Shown one piece after another: positions 52,088-62,197 of a stretch of DNA of 64,000 nt. The notes below the pieces were generated by a model. The model saw only the letters and a list, made by a program, of their open reading frames with translations. It made no database searches and had not been told where the DNA came from. Positions within the stretch are counted from its first letter, which is position 1, and each line of letters opens with the position of its first letter. The translations under genes and the position numbers were made by a program. The DNA is from an uncultured delta proteobacterium (GTDB lineage Bacteria > Myxococcota_A > Polyangia > Polyangiales > Polyangiaceae), in contig CAVOKF010000004.1 of assembly GCA_963696385.1 (NCBI GenBank), forward strand, positions 704,001 through 768,000. Reading direction: 5' to 3'.

Positions 52088-52894
52088 ATGAAGACGTCTC
52101 TGGCGATGGCGACGTGCTGTTCGGTGGTGATTCTCACGGCGGCGAACGCTCCGGCTCAGGACCAGCCTTGGTGGAACGGTGAGTCGTCCGACGTCGCCCC
52201 GCAGTCCCCCCCGTCCGCGCCTCCGGCGGCTCCGTCTCAAGCGCAAGGCCAACCGCCACAGTCGCCGCCTCAGCCACCACCGCCGCCCCAAGCGGCACCC
52301 GGGTCGGATTCCACGCAAGCGGGGCCTGCGCAACCTCCGCCCGGTCCACCTCCATCCGCTCCGCTTCAAGCCGGCGAACCCGGGGCGCCGCCGCAGCCTC
52401 CTCCCGATGGGCAGGCCTACCCCGCTGCTCCCCAAGTCACCGAGCAGATGGCGTCGCAGGGCGAGTGGGTTTACACGGCACAATACGGCTGGATTTGGGT
52501 GCCCTACGGATTGACGACCACGAATGTGGGGGTCAATCCGTACGTGTATCTTTACGCCCCTTCGTACGGTTGGAGGTGGTTGGCGTCTCCCTGGGGCCTG
52601 GGGCCCTTTCATTATGGGCCGTGGGGGTGGGGTCCTCGGTGGGGCGCTCAATACGCTCCGCGCGGCTGGGGCGGGGCCGCTCGTTACGCCCCGCGCATCG
52701 GCGGGGCGGTGGTCCACGCGGCGCCGGGTGCCTACGGCCGCGGGGTTCTGGTCGCGCCGCATGGCTACGTCGGTGGAGGGGGAGCGCCTTACCTCGGCGC
52801 ACGCCGAATGGGGGGCAATTACGGTACCGCTTCGCACATCGGCGGAGGGGCGGGTGGCGGCCACGCAGGTGGTGGCGGCGGCCACCACCGCTAG
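52088..52894 (+). CDS. Secreted Pro/Gln-rich protein with Trp/Tyr/Gly-rich module (DUF6600/YXWGXW-like)
   Basis: Signal peptide, Pro-rich region, GEWVYTAQYGWIWVP..YGWRW..PWG, Gly-rich tail. Confidence 0.7.
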   Translation: MKTSLAMATCCSVVILTAANAPAQDQPWWNGESSDVAPQSPPSAPPAAPSQAQGQPPQSPPQPPPPPQAAPGSDSTQAGPAQPPPGPPPSAPLQAGEPGAPPQPPPDGQAYPAAPQVTEQMASQGEWVYTAQYGWIWVPYGLTTTNVGVNPYVYLYAPSYGWRWLASPWGLGPFHYGPWGWGPRWGAQYAPRGWGGAARYAPRIGGAVVHAAPGAYGRGVLVAPHGYVGGGGAPYLGARRMGGNYGTASHIGGGAGGGHAGGGGGHHR

Positions 52895-52917
52895 AGTACC
52901 GCGCGGGCACGAAACGC

Positions 52918-53439
52918 TTACCCGCGCACGGCCTTCTCCAGCAGGTCCCCCACGGGCGCGAGTCGGGCCGCAAGGGCCGGGTCGAGGCCATGTCGTTCCA
53001 CGAGGAGCGCGGGCGTGTTGAATGTGATCCACACGGCCCCGCGTTCGTCTTGCCAGACGAGCGCTTTCAGGGGCAGGTCGATCGCCGTGGTGGGTCGTGC
53101 GACCATCAGCGGCGTGCCGGCGCGGGGGCTTCCGAAGATCAGGACGACCGCAGGCGGCATTACGAGACCGGCCGCACGCGCCTCGGCGGCCTGATCGATG
53201 CGGGCGAACACCTTCATTCCCGCCGCTCGGACCGCCGTCTCGATTCGTTCCACGGCCTCGTCGACGCCGAGTGCCGTGGGAACGGTCCGCATGGATCCTC
53301 GCTGCGCGGCTGTGGGAGGAGTGGGAGGGACCTCGGGAGGGCCGGCGTGCGTTCCAGTCCATTCGGGCGGATCGCTCGCCGGGAACGATTCCTCGCTGGT
53401 CTCATCGATCGGATCGTGGGGGGTGCCGGGCTCGCTCAT
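52918..53439 (-). CDS. DUF302 domain protein with N-terminal ESFPASDPP motif
   Basis: GMKVFARID, VLIFGSPRAGTPLM, AIDLPLKALVW; AGGAG RBS before 53439. Confidence 0.85.
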   Translation of the reverse strand: MSEPGTPHDPIDETSEESFPASDPPEWTGTHAGPPEVPPTPPTAAQRGSMRTVPTALGVDEAVERIETAVRAAGMKVFARIDQAAEARAAGLVMPPAVVLIFGSPRAGTPLMVARPTTAIDLPLKALVWQDERGAVWITFNTPALLVERHGLDPALAARLAPVGDLLEKAVRG

Positions 53440-53609
53440 AACGCTCCTCGGTGCAGTGAACGCCGTCTATACGCCTTAGCGGAAGGGGCTCGGCCTGCAA
53501 CACGTGTTGCTTCTGCTTCGGCCCGCCGCGTCCGCGCCACGCGCGGACTGAGCGCGCATTCCCCGATTGACAGTCGGCGCCCATGCGCGGCAGCATTCGC
53601 CGATTGCCT

Positions 53610-54176
53610 ATGATGATCCCCACGAAGCTCTCCTACGCGTCCCTTCCCGCTCTCCTCGTCATGGTGGCCTGCGGCAGCAGCAACGGCGGCGGTGGTGCCA
53701 GCAGCAGCAGCGGGAGCAGCAGCAGTGGCAGCCCGGACTTTGCCGGCACCTACAGCGCAACCTTTTCCGGCACATTCCAAAACACCTCTCCGAACACCCT
53801 CTCCGGGCCCAGTAGTTCGGTCGCCACAATCACGGTCACCAACGTGTCCGCCACAGTGATCGAACTGTCTTGGCAGGTTGCCCCCAACCCACCGAGCGGC
53901 ACGGCGTTCTTCCTGATGTCCGGTTCGAGTGGCACGCTCACGGACGCGGGGGCCCCCGCAGTTTCCGCGGATGCCGGAGGGACGGCGGTGGGTGGCTCGT
54001 GCTTCACGGGCCTCGTCAATGGCAACACGCAGACGAACTGCTGCACGGACTGCACGGTCTCGTTCAGCGGCAACACCCTCACGCAGCCGAACGCCGGCGA
54101 TTACAACGGCACGACCCCTCAAGGGATTGCCTATACGGGCACCTACACGGGCACTTGGGTGGGCACACGCCAGTAG
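53610..54176 (+). CDS. Ser/Thr/Gly-rich lipoprotein
   Basis: Lipobox MVAC, Ser/Gly linker, beta-rich domain with CC.DC. Confidence 0.75.
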   Translation: MMIPTKLSYASLPALLVMVACGSSNGGGGASSSSGSSSSGSPDFAGTYSATFSGTFQNTSPNTLSGPSSSVATITVTNVSATVIELSWQVAPNPPSGTAFFLMSGSSGTLTDAGAPAVSADAGGTAVGGSCFTGLVNGNTQTNCCTDCTVSFSGNTLTQPNAGDYNGTTPQGIAYTGTYTGTWVGTRQ

Positions 54177-54202
54177 CGGAGCGACTCGCGCCCGATCTTC
54201 GA

Positions 54203-55675
54203 TCAGTTGCCCGTGCGATTGGGATCTCGCCAGGCTCGTTCGAAGGGCAGCCGCCAGGCATGCGGCGCAATCAGCGAATGGATCACGTTCGGTCCCCAGG
54301 AGCCGGGCGTGTAGAGGCGAACGGGGGGAGGTGCCTCCAAGAGCGGTGTGGACTTCTCCCATAGCTGTTCGATGCCGTCGGCCGTGGTAAAGAGCGTGCG
54401 ATCGCCTCTCATGGCGTCGAGAATCAGTCTCTCGTACGCTTCGAGCACGTCTCCGGCAAATCCCGTCTCATGCATCGCGAATTGCAAGCTCAGCTTGTCG
54501 AGACGCATACCGGGTCCGGGGCGCTTGCCGTAAAACGAGAGCGACATCTTCGACGCGTCCGCCAAGTCGAAGGTCAAGTGGTCCGGCCCCTGCGCGCCGA
54601 CGCCTGAACCGGCCGGAAACATGCTCTTCGGGGGTTCGCGGAATGCGATCGAGATGATCCGCTGCCCTTCGGCAAGCCGCTTGCCGGTACGCAGGTAAAA
54701 CGGAACGCCGGCCCACCGCCAGTTGTCGATGAAGCACTTGAGCGCGATGAACGTCTCGGTATCCGACTCGGGGTGGATGCCGTCTTCGGCCCGGTAGCCG
54801 ATGTATTGTCCGCGGACGACGTGCGTCGGCTGGATGGGCAACATGCTGCGAAATACTTTGTTCTTTTCCTCGCTGATGGGATTCGGCTCCAACGAAGTGG
54901 GCGGCTCCATGGCCATGAACGCGAGGATTTGAAACAGATGAGTCACGACCATATCGCGAAATGCACCGACCGTTTCGTAGAACCCGCTGCGCTTTCCGAG
55001 ACCCAGCGTCTCCGGCACGTCGATTTGTACGTGGTCGATGAAGTTGCGATTCCAGATCGGCTCGAAGAGCCCATTGGCAAAACGGAACGCCAGGATATTT
55101 TGAGCCGGCTCCTTGCCGAGAAAATGATCGATCCGAAAAATCTGTTGTTCGCTGAATACCTCGTGCAAGCGTGCGTTCAAGGTCACGGCACTCGCGAGAT
55201 CGGTCCCGAACGGCTTCTCCATGACGACTCGAGATCGCTCGACGAGTCCGGCTTCGCCGAGCGTTCGTACGGCCGACAGCGCCGCGCTCGGCGGTACGCT
55301 CAAATAGTGCAACCGTCGGCTTTCGCCGACGAACGTTTGCTCGGCCTTCTCGGCCGCCGCCTTCAAGGCGCCCGCACCCGCCGCCAGCGGCACGTAGTCG
55401 AGGCTCTCGGCAAAGGAGGTCCAGTCTGCGTCGGTCACCTTGCGAGTGCCGAAATCACCCAGAGCGGCACGCGCGACCTGGCGGAAGCCCTCCGCGTCGA
55501 TTTCGTCGAGCGAGACGCCGATGATCCGGCAGCCCGGGATGAACCCGGCGCTCGAGAGATGGAACAGGCCGGGCAGCAGCTTGCGTCGCGCAAGGTCCCC
55601 GGTCGCCCCCACGAGCACGACGAGGTGCGGATACCGCGGACCCACCCGTGCATGAGTTTTTGCCGCCGTATTCAC
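54203..55675 (-). CDS. zwf: Glucose-6-phosphate 1-dehydrogenase
   Basis: GATGDLARRKLLP, MEKPFG, RIDHFLGKE, DNWRWAGVPFYLRTGKRL, EAYERLILD. Confidence 0.97.
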   Translation of the reverse strand: MNTAAKTHARVGPRYPHLVVLVGATGDLARRKLLPGLFHLSSAGFIPGCRIIGVSLDEIDAEGFRQVARAALGDFGTRKVTDADWTSFAESLDYVPLAAGAGALKAAAEKAEQTFVGESRRLHYLSVPPSAALSAVRTLGEAGLVERSRVVMEKPFGTDLASAVTLNARLHEVFSEQQIFRIDHFLGKEPAQNILAFRFANGLFEPIWNRNFIDHVQIDVPETLGLGKRSGFYETVGAFRDMVVTHLFQILAFMAMEPPTSLEPNPISEEKNKVFRSMLPIQPTHVVRGQYIGYRAEDGIHPESDTETFIALKCFIDNWRWAGVPFYLRTGKRLAEGQRIISIAFREPPKSMFPAGSGVGAQGPDHLTFDLADASKMSLSFYGKRPGPGMRLDKLSLQFAMHETGFAGDVLEAYERLILDAMRGDRTLFTTADGIEQLWEKSTPLLEAPPPVRLYTPGSWGPNVIHSLIAPHAWRLPFERAWRDPNRTGN

Positions 55676-55748
55676 TGGCTCATCGCGACTGTACCCGAGC
55701 TATCGCAGTCTGGACGCCATTTTTACCGAAATGGCGCCGCGATCGCGC

Positions 55749-57323
55749 TCATCGCCTCGCGCGCGACCTGACGAGCGCGCGGACCGCACGCAAATCGAAT
55801 GGCTTTCGCACGATGGGTGCGTCCACGGTTTCGAGAAAACGCCGGCCGTCGTCGGTGAATGCGCCGCCCGTGATGAACACGAAGCGGTCCGCGCTTTCCG
55901 GACGCTTGGTCATGACCTCGCGGTACACATCCGCCCCGGTGACGGTTGGCATCATGAGATCGCACAGCACGAGATCGTAGCCATGCTCGGTCGAGAGCCG
56001 ATCGATCGCTTCGCGCCCGTCGGTCAGGATGTCGACGTCGCACTCTTTCGCGAGCGCGCGCGCCAGCGTGCGTGCAACTCCGATGTCGTCCTCGATGACG
56101 AGCACCCGAAGTCGTCTGCGGGCTCCCTTCCGCGGTCGGACCTCTTCGTCGGCCTTTGCGGCACTCACGCGGGTCGGCGCTACGGGGGTCGGGGCCGCCG
56201 GCATCGCGGCCTCGGTGCCGACGGATGTCGAAGGCAGCGCGATGCGGAAGACCGTTCCGCGATTCGCGGCGCTCTCGAACGTGATCTCGCCTCCGAGCGC
56301 CTTCACGATCGAGCGCGTGATCGAAAGTCCGAGTCCCATCCCCTGGCCGACGTCCTTCGTCGTGAAAAATGGCTCGAAGACACGCTCCCGGATCGCCTCG
56401 GGGATTCCCGTGCCGTTGTCGGCGATCTCGATGAGCACGCGGGCGCCATCCATTCGCGTAGCGATCCGAATCTCGTTGCGCGCGGCCCTCGCCTCTGAAA
56501 ATGCCTGCGCGGCATTTACGAGAACGTTGAGAAACACTTGCGACAGCTGCGGCGGATCGGCCAATACGGGTGTCAAATCCCCGAACTCCTTGACGACCCG
56601 CGCGCTGTATTTGACTGTGTTCGCAATCAGGATCAACGATTGGTCCAGTAGCTTGTTGACGTCCACCGGCTGGAGTCGACCGGTCTCGCCGCGCGCGAGC
56701 ATCCGCATACTCTGGACGATCTCGCTGACGGTCTTGGCCGCCAGCTTCGCATCGGTCAGCGCTTCCACCAGTTCCCCGGGGGGCGCTCGATCTCCGTTGG
56801 CGCGCCACAGGCTGACCGATTCGAGTGCAAGATCCAACGACGCCATGACCGTCGTGAGCGGGTTGTTGATCTCGTGCGCGATGCCGGCCGCAAGCGTAGC
56901 GAGGGCGACGAGCCGCTCGGCTGCGCGCAGCGTAGCCGCGTTTCGGCGAGCCTCGGTCACGTCGCGCACGGCGGCGGCCACGAAGTGTTCGCTGCCGACA
57001 GGGACTGGGCTGAGACTGATCTCGACCGGAAACTCGCCCCCGTCCTTTTTCCGCCCCCAAAGCGAGCGGCCCGCACCCATCGCGCGCGTGCGGGGGGCCC
57101 GGACGAAATCGATCCGGTACCCCTCATGGTTCGCTCGGAACCGCTCGGGGACGAGGATCTCGATCGCCTTCCCCGACAACTCGTCGCGCGAGTAGCCGAA
57201 CAGATGTTCGAGTAGAGTGTTCACGAAGACGATCCGCCCGCCCGAATCGACGACGAGCAGGGCGTCGGGTGCAGCCTCGATGAACTCACGGATGAAGGCG
57301 TCGTTGACGATCGGATCGGGCAA
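55749..57323 (-). CDS. PAS-domain hybrid sensor histidine kinase with C-terminal receiver
   Basis: PAS (EAAPDALL..GRKKDGGEFPVEISLSP), AGIAHEINNPL, QVFLNVLVNA, DNGTGI, FEPFFTTK, GLGLSI, REC (VLVIEDD..DLVLCDLMMP..KP); start uncertain. Confidence 0.93.
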   Translation of the reverse strand: MPDPIVNDAFIREFIEAAPDALLVVDSGGRIVFVNTLLEHLFGYSRDELSGKAIEILVPERFRANHEGYRIDFVRAPRTRAMGAGRSLWGRKKDGGEFPVEISLSPVPVGSEHFVAAAVRDVTEARRNAATLRAAERLVALATLAAGIAHEINNPLTTVMASLDLALESVSLWRANGDRAPPGELVEALTDAKLAAKTVSEIVQSMRMLARGETGRLQPVDVNKLLDQSLILIANTVKYSARVVKEFGDLTPVLADPPQLSQVFLNVLVNAAQAFSEARAARNEIRIATRMDGARVLIEIADNGTGIPEAIRERVFEPFFTTKDVGQGMGLGLSITRSIVKALGGEITFESAANRGTVFRIALPSTSVGTEAAMPAAPTPVAPTRVSAAKADEEVRPRKGARRRLRVLVIEDDIGVARTLARALAKECDVDILTDGREAIDRLSTEHGYDLVLCDLMMPTVTGADVYREVMTKRPESADRFVFITGGAFTDDGRRFLETVDAPIVRKPFDLRAVRALVRSRARR

Positions 57324-57498
57324 GGGGGTCGACTCGCGGCGAGCATAGGCGAATTCATGAAGACCGGGCAAAAGCCGAGGACCGCGCCGCGCGCTCCCGG
57401 ACTGCAGGATGTGCATTCGAGCGCAACGCTTGCCGGATGCGAGGATGATGACTAGGGCTCGGTGCGTGTCGGTCCGCCGCTTGCTTCGCCGCGATGAC

Positions 57499-58341
57499 AT
57501 GCATCATCCATCATGGCCCATCGCCGTTCTTGTGATGTCCGGCTGCGCAGGCCCCCCTGCCTCGCTGACCCCGCCCGCGGCAGCGCCCGAAACGGCGAGG
57601 GCCTCACCCGGATCGACGGCGGCGGCCGTTGCGACCCACGAGCCGAGCCCGATCGGCCAGATGGCGCGCGTGCCCGAGGGCACGTACCGGATGGGTTCCG
57701 AGGTCGGCGAGCCCGACGAGCAGCCGGTGCACGACGTCCGGATCCTCGCGTTCGAAATGGACCTCACGGAAGTCACCGTAGGCCAGTATGCCCAGTGCGT
57801 GCGCGCCGGCGGTTGCGTGCCCGCGCCCACCGTCGTTCAGTTTCCCGGCGTGACGGAGGCGGATCGGCAGCTCTTGGATCCTCAGTGCAACGACGACCGG
57901 CCCGAGTACAAAGAGCACGCGGAGAACTGCGTCGATTGGAGCATGGCCGACGCGTACTGCCGCTGGGCCGGCAAGCGCCTGCCTACCGAAGAGGAGTGGG
58001 AATACGCCGCCTGCGGTAGCGACTGCGGCAAGGCGCTCGAGGGACAAGGCGGAGCAGCGGGCATCCTGACTCGCGAACGCTGGCCGTTCACGACGCGCGT
58101 GGCGATAGGCTGGCCGGGACCGTTCGGAATCTACGATATGGCAGGCAACGTCTGGGAGTGGACGGCGGGCGTGTACTGTCCGTACGATCATCCCGCATGC
58201 CGCGATTCGCGGCGCGTCGTCCGGGGCGGAAGCTGGTCGATGGTGGACGCTTTGTCCGTGCGTCTCACCGATCGATCGCCGAGCGATCCCGCGACACGCA
58301 ACACCAACCTCGGATTTCGCTGCGCTCGCGGTTCTCCTTGA
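57499..58341 (+). CDS. Formylglycine-generating enzyme (SUMF1/FGE-sulfatase) fold lipoprotein
   Basis: MSGC lipobox, GTYRMGS, DEQPVH, TEVTVGQY, RLPTEEEWEYA, YDMAGNVWEW, RGGSW, LGFRCA. Confidence 0.88.
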   Translation: MHHPSWPIAVLVMSGCAGPPASLTPPAAAPETARASPGSTAAAVATHEPSPIGQMARVPEGTYRMGSEVGEPDEQPVHDVRILAFEMDLTEVTVGQYAQCVRAGGCVPAPTVVQFPGVTEADRQLLDPQCNDDRPEYKEHAENCVDWSMADAYCRWAGKRLPTEEEWEYAACGSDCGKALEGQGGAAGILTRERWPFTTRVAIGWPGPFGIYDMAGNVWEWTAGVYCPYDHPACRDSRRVVRGGSWSMVDALSVRLTDRSPSDPATRNTNLGFRCARGSP

Positions 58342-58508
58342 GGCTCCGAGGGCCCCGGCACGTGTCGCGATCCTCCGGGCGATCTCTCGCGCGACGCGGA
58401 GTACCCGGCTCGGAGTGAGACGAGGACGACACGCAACGGCAAGGGCGGGGGCTCTCCACCTCGATGTGCTAAGTGCCCGCACAAACGTGCGCGTCGCCCT
58501 GGCGGCGC

Positions 58509-58814
58509 TTACGCGAAGTTCTTGGCGGGCATCGCCAGGACGTCGTGGACGTACGCGATGATCGGCTGGCCCGCGTACTGGCCCGCGATGAGTTCCAGGA
58601 TCCTCTCGGCCAGCTCCGGGGCGACGAGCATCTCGAGCCGCAAGCTCGATGCATCGACGAGGCCGGCGGTCCGAAGGCCGTGCACGCCGCGCCCATCGAC
58701 CTTGCCGACGCTGTAGGCCGTCACCCCGATCGCTCTCAGGTCGTTCGACAGCCGCGGCTCGAGCTCGAACGCCGCGACCACGGTGACGAGAGTGACTTTT
58801 GCTTTCTCGACCAT
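58509..58814 (-). CDS. PII-like (SbtB-like) small protein
   Basis: LVTVV..LE.RL..GVTAYS..GRGVHG.R..LRLEMLV..IAYVHDV; AAGGAGG RBS. Confidence 0.75.
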   Translation of the reverse strand: MVEKAKVTLVTVVAAFELEPRLSNDLRAIGVTAYSVGKVDGRGVHGLRTAGLVDASSLRLEMLVAPELAERILELIAGQYAGQPIIAYVHDVLAMPAKNFA

Positions 58815-58923
58815 CACGACCTCCTTGTGAAATGCCGCGCCGCCGGCTCGTTCGCCTCCGGCGACGCGGTTGCCATGGGCTTGCGGGACGACGTTGGACG
58901 ATCGGTGAGCACGGGCGTGCGCC

Positions 58924-61900
58924 TCACGACTCCGCCGGTCCCAACGGTCCGTCGTCTTCATGACGCGCTTTCCAGTCCTCGAGCCAATGATGCGCGAGGA
59001 CCAAGAGCGGAGGCTGTAGGATGCGCGTGAGAACCGCCAGGATGAGCGATCCGCCGATGACGACGATCGCCAGGGGCTTCTGCGTTTGCGCTCCGATGCC
59101 GTTCGAAAGGGCCGCCGGCATGAGACCGAGCATCGCGACGAGCGTCGTCATGAGCACGGGTCGGAACCGCTTCTCGGCGGCCTCGCGCGCGGCCTGCTCA
59201 ATCGAGTGACCTTCCGTGTTACGGAGCCGCTGAAAGTACGTGACGATGAGAATGGCGTCTTGAATCGCGATTCCGAAGATTGAAATGAACCCCATCGCCG
59301 CGGAAACCGAGAATGTGGTTCCCGTGATCAAGAGAGCCAGCACTCCGCCCGTGCATGCGACGGGGATGTCGATGAGGGTGATCATCGTGTCCACCCAGTT
59401 TCCGACCGCGATGTAGACGACGAACCCGATGAGCAAGATGGTGAGCGGGACCATGATCGTAAGCCGCTTCATGACCCTGTTGAGCTCTTGAATCTCGCCC
59501 TCCCACTCGAGGTGCATGCCGTACGGAAGGTGGACATGGTCCTTGATTCTCTGTTGGGACTCGGCGATGGCGCTCGCCAGGTCGCGGCCGCGCACGCCGA
59601 ACTTGACCGGGGCGTAGCGCTGCAGGTTTTCGCGATAAATGCTGGTCGGCCCGGTGACTTGCTCGACCGTCGCGATCTGACCGAGTGGGATGTACGACCC
59701 GGAAGGCGTGGACACCGTAATCTCGCGTATGGCCTCGATCGACGACCGGTATTTCTCCTGCCATCGCACGGTGAGGTCGAAGAACTTGTCGCCTTCGTAC
59801 ACTTCGACGATGGGCGTCCCGTTGCCTGTGAGTCCGCCGAGTGCCGACTGAATGACGTTCGCGACGTCGCCGGTATTCAGACCGTAACGCGCGAGCGCCT
59901 TGCGGTCCGGCGTGATCTTGACGTCGGGCTGCCCCAGCGACTTGAAGAGCCCGAGGTCCACGACACCGGGCACGGTTCGCATAACGTCGACAATCTGGTC
60001 GGCCACCTTTTCGTTCTGCTCGAGGTCGCGCCCGAAAATTTTAACCGAGTTTGCGCCTTTGACGCCGGCGGTGGCCTCCTCGACGTTGTCGAGGATGTAC
60101 TGCGAAAAGTTGAAGAGCGTGCCGGGAAATGCCTCGGTCAGTTCCTTGTTCATCTCGTCGGTCAGCTTGTCTTTCGTCACGCCGCGCGGCCACTCGTCGA
60201 ACGGCTTGAGCGGCGCGAAGAACTCGACATTGAAGAATCCGGTCACGTCGGTGCCGTCGTCGGGGCGTCCGAGCTGCGAGATGACGGTGACGACTTCGGG
60301 ATACTTGCGGTTCGCGTCGGTGCACGCGACGCTCGGATCGGACGGGCAGCCCCGCACGATTCGTCGCATGCGCGTCGTGTACTCGGCCGATTTTTCGAGT
60401 GAGATCGACATCGGCATCGTCGCGCGGATCCACAGATTGCCTTCCTCGAGCTTGGGCATGAAGTCGCGCCCGAGAAAGGGAAAGAGCACGATGCACGCGA
60501 ATATGGGAATCGTCCCGAAGGCCAGTGCCGTCTTCGGCCTGCGGAGCGCGGCGTCGAAGAAGGGATTATAAACTTTGTGAAGAAAGTGCATGATGAAGTT
60601 TTCTTTTTCTTCATGCTGGGCCGGAACGAATCTCGCGGCGAGCACGGGCGTCAGGGTCAGCGCGAAGAGAATGGCTCCCCCGATCGCCGTCGCGTAAGTC
60701 CGCGCCATCGGCCCAAAGATGGCCCCCGGCACGCCGACCAGCGTGAAGAGCGGCAGAAATGCGAGGCCGATGATGAGCGTCGAGTACATCATCGGCGTGC
60801 CCACTTCGCGCGCCCCGGCGAGCACGCGCTCGTTCATCGACCCGGTTCCGCTCGGGCCAAGGCGCCGGAAGATGTTTTCCATCATGATGATGGTCGAGTC
60901 GACGACGATCCCGAAGTCGACCGCGCCGAGCGAAAGCAGGTTGGCCGATTGCCCGGTGGCCACGATGGCAATGATGGCCACCGTCAGGGCCAGCGGGATG
61001 TTGAGCGCCGTGATGATGGCCGCGCGGACGTCGCTCAAGAAGAGCACGAGCACGAAGACGACCAGGGCCATGCCGATGAGGACGTTCTCGAGCACCGTGT
61101 GGACGGTCAGCTTCGTGAGCTCGCCGCGGTCGTAGTACGGAACGAGCTTCATGCCGGGCGGAAGAAGGTTATTTTCTTCGATGAACTTGACCTTGTCCTT
61201 GATGCCCGCGAGCACCGGGTTGGCCTGGGCGCCATACCGCATCAGCACGATGCCTTGCACGACGTCATCGGCGTCGTCGTGCCCGACCATTCCGAGCCGC
61301 GGTGCGTGCCCCACGGTGACGTCCGCGACGTCCTTGACGCGGACGGGCGTTCCCGTGTTCAGGCCGCCTGCCTGGGGTCCCTGGGAAATGACGACGTCGT
61401 TGATGTCCGTCAGCGGCGTGTCGAAATAGCCGAGCAGGCCGATGCCGCGGATGTCGTAGGATTGCTCGCCGATCGAGAGCCGCTGACCGCCCACGTTCTG
61501 GTTGGCGTTCTGAAGAGCGGCGATCGTCTGGGTGAGCGTGACGCCGTGGCCGCGAAGCCGGTACGGGTCGACGTCGACATGGTACTGCTTGGTCGTGCCG
61601 CCGTAGCTCGTCACGTCGATGACGCCTTGGACCTGACGCCATTGGCGCTCCATGATCCAATCCTCGGCCGTCTTCAAATCGGTCAGGGTGTACCCCTTGC
61701 CCTCGAGCGTGTAACGAAACACCTCGCCGATGGCGTTCCACGGTGAAATCTGAGACGACAAACCGTTCGGCAGCTGGATCCAGCTCGTCATCCGGTTGAT
61801 GACCTCCTGGCGATCGGCCCAGTAGTCGGTCCCCCAAGCGAAGTAGCACTTGATATCGCTCAGGCTAAAGAGCGACTGCGAGCGAATGTAGGTGAGCCCG

Positions 61901-62130
61901 CGCATCCCCGACAGGCCGACCTCCATCGGGATCGTCACGTAGCGCTCGACCTCCTCGGCGCTCCAGCCCATGGGCTGGACCAACGTTTCGACGAGCGGCG
62001 GGCAGGGGTTGGGGTACGCCTCGATATCCAGCTCCGAGTAGGCGATGGCCCCCCCGAAAATGACGATCAGTGTGCTCGCGATGACGATGATGCGAAACTG
62101 CAGCGCGAAGGCGACAATTCGTTGAATCAT
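58924..62130 (-). CDS. CusA/CzcA family heavy-metal efflux RND permease
   Basis: IEAYP, EEVERYVTIPME, ANLLSLGAVDFGIVVD, FMPKLEEG, GRPDDGTD, RFRPVLMT, GAQTQKPLAIVVIGG. Confidence 0.95.
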   Translation of the reverse strand: MIQRIVAFALQFRIIVIASTLIVIFGGAIAYSELDIEAYPNPCPPLVETLVQPMGWSAEEVERYVTIPMEVGLSGMRGLTYIRSQSLFSLSDIKCYFAWGTDYWADRQEVINRMTSWIQLPNGLSSQISPWNAIGEVFRYTLEGKGYTLTDLKTAEDWIMERQWRQVQGVIDVTSYGGTTKQYHVDVDPYRLRGHGVTLTQTIAALQNANQNVGGQRLSIGEQSYDIRGIGLLGYFDTPLTDINDVVISQGPQAGGLNTGTPVRVKDVADVTVGHAPRLGMVGHDDADDVVQGIVLMRYGAQANPVLAGIKDKVKFIEENNLLPPGMKLVPYYDRGELTKLTVHTVLENVLIGMALVVFVLVLFLSDVRAAIITALNIPLALTVAIIAIVATGQSANLLSLGAVDFGIVVDSTIIMMENIFRRLGPSGTGSMNERVLAGAREVGTPMMYSTLIIGLAFLPLFTLVGVPGAIFGPMARTYATAIGGAILFALTLTPVLAARFVPAQHEEKENFIMHFLHKVYNPFFDAALRRPKTALAFGTIPIFACIVLFPFLGRDFMPKLEEGNLWIRATMPMSISLEKSAEYTTRMRRIVRGCPSDPSVACTDANRKYPEVVTVISQLGRPDDGTDVTGFFNVEFFAPLKPFDEWPRGVTKDKLTDEMNKELTEAFPGTLFNFSQYILDNVEEATAGVKGANSVKIFGRDLEQNEKVADQIVDVMRTVPGVVDLGLFKSLGQPDVKITPDRKALARYGLNTGDVANVIQSALGGLTGNGTPIVEVYEGDKFFDLTVRWQEKYRSSIEAIREITVSTPSGSYIPLGQIATVEQVTGPTSIYRENLQRYAPVKFGVRGRDLASAIAESQQRIKDHVHLPYGMHLEWEGEIQELNRVMKRLTIMVPLTILLIGFVVYIAVGNWVDTMITLIDIPVACTGGVLALLITGTTFSVSAAMGFISIFGIAIQDAILIVTYFQRLRNTEGHSIEQAAREAAEKRFRPVLMTTLVAMLGLMPAALSNGIGAQTQKPLAIVVIGGSLILAVLTRILQPPLLVLAHHWLEDWKARHEDDGPLGPAES

Positions 62131-62170
62131 GGGCCGGCAAGAGCCTTCGCCCAGGGGGGGCCCGCCGCGC

Positions 62171-62197
62171 ATGACAGCAACATTAAATCGGCGTAAG
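62171..62197 (-). promoter_or_regulatory. OmpR/PhoB-type direct repeats upstream of RND gene
   Basis: Minus strand CTTACG-N3-ATTTAAT-GTTG-CTGTCAT, last two half-sites 11 bp apart. Confidence 0.4.

Noticed and set aside
57499..58341. Diversity-generating retroelement target, or active formylglycine-generating enzyme
   Set aside because: No reverse transcriptase or template repeat seen; the catalytic Cys pair after RGGS is absent
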